Notes under the pieces: generated by a model
The model's database searches: none
Told to the model about the DNA's origin: nothing
Seen by the model: only the letters and a program-made list of their open reading frames with translations
Shown here: piece by piece, positions 60,253-64,000 of the stretch
Layout of the letters: each line of letters begins with the position of its first letter
Position numbering within the stretch: position 1 is the first letter of the stretch
From: Gemmatimonadales bacterium
GTDB lineage: Bacteria; Gemmatimonadota; Gemmatimonadetes; Gemmatimonadales; GWC2-71-9
NCBI GenBank assembly: GCA_041577295.1
Contig: JBFGJG010000003.1
Coordinates: forward strand, 128,001 to 192,000
Direction: 5' to 3'
DNA length: 64,000 nt
Made by a program: the position numbers and the translations under genes

Positions 60253-61569
60253 TCACCGATTGACGGGATCGGCGCTCGTAAGGCCGGAAGGCAACCGCGG
60301 TGACGACAACAAGCGACCAAACTCGCGCCATGCACGCTCACGTGACGCGCCGGCGTGTGACGTCACATGTTGGGCGACCAGATCGCGCCCCAGGTTGTAG
60401 TTGATGACGTAGCTGCGGTACTGGTCAATGAAGCGAATCCGCTGACGCGCGCGGGCCGGCGCCATGAGCGCGTACGTTTCCAACCATTGCGCCGCTGAGT
60501 CCGCAGCGATCTCCCCATCCAAATACTGCCGCGCTGCCTCGTTCCCGGCGTAACTCAGTTCCTCCACCAAGCCCTGAACCTCGTAGTAAGCCCCCGCCCG
60601 TGATGGATCGAGACCGGCCAGCGGAAACAGGGCGTCACGCTCGAATGCGACCCGCTCCTCTCCGGGGAATGCCATACGAATGCCGTGGTTGGCGCTTCCC
60701 TCCGCGATTAACGACTGCGGGCTGAAGAGTGCGTAGACCGAGTACTCCATCCAACCCCGATCTCGCACGAGGTGTTTCTCGAGCAGCGCGTTGTACGTGT
60801 GATGACCGGGATACCCCTCATGGCACGCGAGGTCGATGGCGCGATCGGCGTAGATGGGGAGATCGGTATTGACCTGAATCAAGCTCGTGAAGTTGCCTTG
60901 ATACCAGTTGTATCCACTCCATGACTTGTCGGTTACGTACTCGACGGTAAACGCCTCGCCGGTGGGCAAGGTGAGCCACCGCTCGGTTCTCGCCCGACAC
61001 TCGGCGATTGCGGCGCGAAACACCGTATCCAGTCGCGCTGGGGGGATGACGAACCGCGCGCGAAACCGCTCGTACCGGGTCTGCACGGCCCCAGACCCCG
61101 GAAGGGCCCGATCGAGCCTGGTCAACACATTTTGAAAGTGAGCTTCACCGAGCTCGGGAGCGACCGCGTCGTACAACGCCGCCGACTCCTGATCGAAGCT
61201 CAAGCGCGTGCCCAAGAGCATTTCCGCACGCGCGATCAGCGACTCGAGTTGCCGTTGCAGGTAGTGGTGCCGCAGGCGCTCCATCTCTCCGGACAGGTCG
61301 CTGAACGCGTCTAGCTGCTCAACCAGCGCCAACGCGCGCTCGCGAATGCCGTCGATCGACAACCCTTCTTCCTCCACGGCCGAGCGCCACTCCGGCGGTC
61401 CATAGTACGCATCCACATAATCTGCGTCGTGTGCGCCCATGGCGAGCACGAGCTTCACGTACGATTCGGCAATCGCATTCATAGACGGAGGAGAGGGTGA
61501 GCAGCCGAGCAGCGGGCCCATGCTGAGGACCACGGCCACGGACCACCTGCCGAGGATTCCCATGCGCAT
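60253..61569 (-). CDS. Lipoprotein, DUF885-like putative metallopeptidase
   Basis: Lipobox LLG-C; CHEGYPGHH, SLIAEG, YVINYNLG; start uncertain. Confidence 0.7.
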   Translation of the reverse strand: MRMGILGRWSVAVVLSMGPLLGCSPSPPSMNAIAESYVKLVLAMGAHDADYVDAYYGPPEWRSAVEEEGLSIDGIRERALALVEQLDAFSDLSGEMERLRHHYLQRQLESLIARAEMLLGTRLSFDQESAALYDAVAPELGEAHFQNVLTRLDRALPGSGAVQTRYERFRARFVIPPARLDTVFRAAIAECRARTERWLTLPTGEAFTVEYVTDKSWSGYNWYQGNFTSLIQVNTDLPIYADRAIDLACHEGYPGHHTYNALLEKHLVRDRGWMEYSVYALFSPQSLIAEGSANHGIRMAFPGEERVAFERDALFPLAGLDPSRAGAYYEVQGLVEELSYAGNEAARQYLDGEIAADSAAQWLETYALMAPARARQRIRFIDQYRSYVINYNLGRDLVAQHVTSHAGASRERAWREFGRLLSSPRLPSGLTSADPVNR

Positions 61570-61747
61570 AGTCACGAATGTACTCGGAGACGGCGCCTGC
61601 ATGGTAGCCAGATCGACGGAGCGGCTGGGGCGCGAGCCACCGTCACGGCGCAACGCTTGCCGAGCGGCGCGCCGCGGGGCATCTTGTGTGGTGGGCCGTG
61701 CAAGTACGCCGGCCCTGACACTTCAGAATCACGGCATTGAGGGGGTT

Positions 61748-61951
61748 ATGAGCAAAGGGAAGGAATTCCTTCACCGATTGCACGAGGCACTCGGTGAGTT
61801 TGAGAAATCGATCGTGCGCCGCGAGCATAAGAAGCTATTGGATGACCGCGTAGTGCTACAGCAGAATGTAGACGACGCCCGGCGAAAGGTCGTCGAGACC
61901 GTCGTCGAGCTCGTCAAGGAAGCACAGGTAGAGTACCTCGGGGAAGCGTAG
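61748..61951 (+). CDS. Small helical hypothetical protein
   Basis: GAGGGGG RBS; 67-aa amphipathic sequence MSKGKEFLHRL... Confidence 0.6.
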   Translation: MSKGKEFLHRLHEALGEFEKSIVRREHKKLLDDRVVLQQNVDDARRKVVETVVELVKEAQVEYLGEA

Positions 61952-62033
61952 GACACCGCAGTTCGCTCGAGGCGCCTCGCGCCCTATGGCCGGCGAGGGT
62001 GTGTACGCCCTCCCGGCCGGCGTTGTCGAGAGA

Positions 62034-62456
62034 TCAGGTCAATCGGTAGGACACGAACCGGTTGGTTCCATTGAGGGCAGCCTTTGCGGCCGCCAGCGGC
62101 GGATCGCCGCGTACCTCGCAGAACCCCGTGAAACGATGCGTCTCGCCGGCGTGTTCTGCACGGACTGCAATAATGACCGCGGGACAATCGAAGGATTCGA
62201 CGGTTTTGACGTCGACGGCGGTGAACGTGCCCTCCGCGGTACCAAAAGAGCGCTCCAGGGCCTTGAGCGCCGCTGCCGCCGCACAGCGCAGCTCACCAGC
62301 CGGGGACCACTCCCCGTCCGCGAGACCAACAAAGGTCTGATCCAAGTGGGCGCCCAGACGGCGGGCGAGGGTGACCCGCGCACGACACTGCTCGCCCGGC
62401 AGATGCTCTACCGCGACCGCCTTAAGCTGTGCCCGTAGTGATTTCCCCGCTGCCAT
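62034..62456 (-). CDS. Hypothetical protein (possible stand-alone LeuA regulatory-domain-like fold)
   Basis: Twofold beta-beta-beta-alpha pattern ending AAAAALKAL and AAAKAALNGTNR. Confidence 0.6.
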   Translation of the reverse strand: MAAGKSLRAQLKAVAVEHLPGEQCRARVTLARRLGAHLDQTFVGLADGEWSPAGELRCAAAAALKALERSFGTAEGTFTAVDVKTVESFDCPAVIIAVRAEHAGETHRFTGFCEVRGDPPLAAAKAALNGTNRFVSYRLT

Positions 62457-62556
62457 GGCGTGCTTTCTCTCGGCGGAGGTCCGGCGTTCATGTCGAGTTC
62501 AGGCGCTCTTCAGACCTGCCGGACCATTATGGAGCGACCCCCGCAGGGAGGGATCC

Positions 62557-62856
62557 GTGCCTCGCAAAGACCGTCGCAGCGGAGGACTCACGAGAGGGGC
62601 CGAAGAATTCTGTCTTCACTATTGTCGGCAGCCTGATGATACCTGCCCGTTCGGCTGGACGCGAGCCCGGTGTCCATTGTGGCAGTTTGTCGAGGCGGAT
62701 CTGGAGCTCGGCGAGACGCCCGCACCGATCCCGGAGACAGTCGAGTATCGAGCCTGTCTCGTTCGCGCCCGGCGCGACGGTGGGCGTCCCTTCTCCGCGG
62801 CGCGCATCACCGAAGCCAATTTTGACCCCGAGGAGGGGTTCGACTGGCCCGCTTGA
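62557..62856 (+). CDS. Small Cys-rich hypothetical protein
   Basis: GGAGG RBS, GTG start; FCLHYC..CP..CPLWQFV. Confidence 0.5.
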   Translation: MPRKDRRSGGLTRGAEEFCLHYCRQPDDTCPFGWTRARCPLWQFVEADLELGETPAPIPETVEYRACLVRARRDGGRPFSAARITEANFDPEEGFDWPA

Positions 62857-62889
62857 ATCCAGCTCACGAGCTGTCTCACCGCGGGGCCG

Positions 62890-63135
62890 TCAGTTCCAAC
62901 GCCGCGGTCCGCCCTGAACGACCTCTGCGGGCACGGAAGGCTGCTCCGCTTCGCGAGCGCGACCAACCATGCCAATCGACCCCGGCTGGTCTGCGCGGTT
63001 GTCTATCCGGCACCCGGAGCAGGCGGTGATCTGACCCGAGCGACACCCGTGCCCCTCTCTACCGCGGTGTCGGACAAACAGCCCGAAAACGACGAACAGC
63101 ACGCCAAGTCCCAGCACGCTGATGATCGTGCTCAT
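62890..63135 (-). CDS. Small membrane-anchored Cys-containing protein downstream of rnfA
   Basis: ATGA overlap with the rnfA stop; TM helix then GC......ACSGC. Confidence 0.6.
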   Translation of the reverse strand: MSTIISVLGLGVLFVVFGLFVRHRGREGHGCRSGQITACSGCRIDNRADQPGSIGMVGRAREAEQPSVPAEVVQGGPRRWN

Positions 63136-63710
63136 GTCGCACTCAGCAAGCCTGCAAACCCCATGAAGGCCAGGGAGAGACTTCCGGCGATAATCAAAAC
63201 CAGCGCCATGCCTTTGGCGAGATCCGGAATGTTCGCCAGTTCCGTGTTCTCTCGAATCGAAGCCATCAACACGAGCGCCAGGGTCAGGCCCAGGCCAGCG
63301 CCGACCGCGAAAAACAATCCCTCGAGCAATCCGTAGCCGCGATTGGTCTGGAAGATCGCCAGGCCCAGGATCGCGCAGTTGGTCGTGATCAAAGGCAGGT
63401 AGATCCCTAGCTGCCGGAAGAGCACGGGGCTCACCTTCTTCACAACCATCTCGACGATCTGTACCAGCGAGGCGATCACAACGATGAACGAGATGAGTCG
63501 CAGATACGGAGCGTAGCTCAGCACAAACGTATTCAGAAACCAAGCGGCCACTGACGTGAGCACCATGACGAAGATGTTCGCCGCACCCATCCGGAGCGCC
63601 GTAGAGACCCGTGCGGAGACACCCATGAAGGGACAGAGTCCAAGGAACAGCGCGAGGGTGAAGTTGTTCACCACCATGGCCGAGACGAGAATCCACACGA
63701 GGTTGTCCAT
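63132..63710 (-). CDS. rnfA: Rnf electron transport complex subunit A
   Basis: VNNFTL..FLGLCPFMGVS, FIVVIASLVQ, LGIYLPLITTNCAILG, LAFMGF. Confidence 0.93.
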   Translation of the reverse strand: MDNLVWILVSAMVVNNFTLALFLGLCPFMGVSARVSTALRMGAANIFVMVLTSVAAWFLNTFVLSYAPYLRLISFIVVIASLVQIVEMVVKKVSPVLFRQLGIYLPLITTNCAILGLAIFQTNRGYGLLEGLFFAVGAGLGLTLALVLMASIRENTELANIPDLAKGMALVLIIAGSLSLAFMGFAGLLSAT

Positions 63711-64000
63711 CACGCGGCCTTTTCGGAGGCGACGCCCTCGGGCCACTCACGCACCATCGGCTTGGTCGTGCGACGCCGGTGAGCCCAGTTGAGCGCGAGG
63801 AGAAGGAAGCCCAACGTGAGGAATCCCCCGGGCGGGAGGATCATGATCACCCAGGGCTCATAGCTCGGACCAAACACACTCCGGCCGAGCACGGTGCCGT
63901 TGCCCAAGACTTCGCGCACGGCCCCCATCAAGAGCAGGGCGATCACAAACCCAAAACCGGTTCCCGCGGCATCCAGAATCGAGCGGCCGATGGGCTGTTT
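63710..64000 (-). CDS. rnfE: Rnf electron transport complex subunit E (5'-partial, runs off the window)
   Basis: SILDAAGTGFGF..LL.MGAVREVLGNG, MILPPGGFL. Confidence 0.9.
   Translation of the reverse strand, partial: KQPIGRSILDAAGTGFGFVIALLLMGAVREVLGNGTVLGRSVFGPSYEPWVIMILPPGGFLTLGFLLLALNWAHRRRTTKPMVREWPEGVASEKAA

Noticed and set aside
1..64000. CRISPR arrays, tRNA/rRNA, transposases, integrases, prophage genes
   Set aside because: None recognised by eye; the short repeats found have no repeat-spacer structure

Overview
GC-rich, gene-dense bacterial chromosomal segment. The gene repertoire (PadR plus duplicated orphan permease, GWxTD-like protein, PD40/Omp85 protein, DUF4097 and DUF4412 proteins) suggests Gemmatimonadota or a similar Acidobacteriota-like lineage; this is inference only. 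The main feature is a ~17 kb molybdenum-hydroxylase island (4.8-22.1 kb) with three S/L/M gene sets. One is a form I aerobic CO dehydrogenase (coxM-S-L, AYRCSFR active-site loop) with coxD, coxE, a coxF-YHS fusion, mocA and a second XdhC. The other two are AYRGAGR (form II-like) enzymes of unknown substrate. The island is flanked by moaA, a collagen-like lipoprotein and a three-gene transhydrogenase (pnt). The rest of the window holds a yheT-osmC-DUF971-ydjM operon, an AttEFGH-like ABC/lipocalin operon, a peptidase-PD40-Omp85 protein, an amino-acid dehydrogenase, an ArsR/SRPBCC pair, a ymgE/DUF937/BON-LysM cluster, an AddAB-like helicase-nuclease pair, two paralogous membrane-anchored coiled-coil/HhH proteins downstream of a candidate structured RNA, PadR-permease, and the 3' end of an rnf operon. 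No rRNA, tRNA, CRISPR array or transposase was recognised. All calls come from reading motifs by eye; no searches were run.
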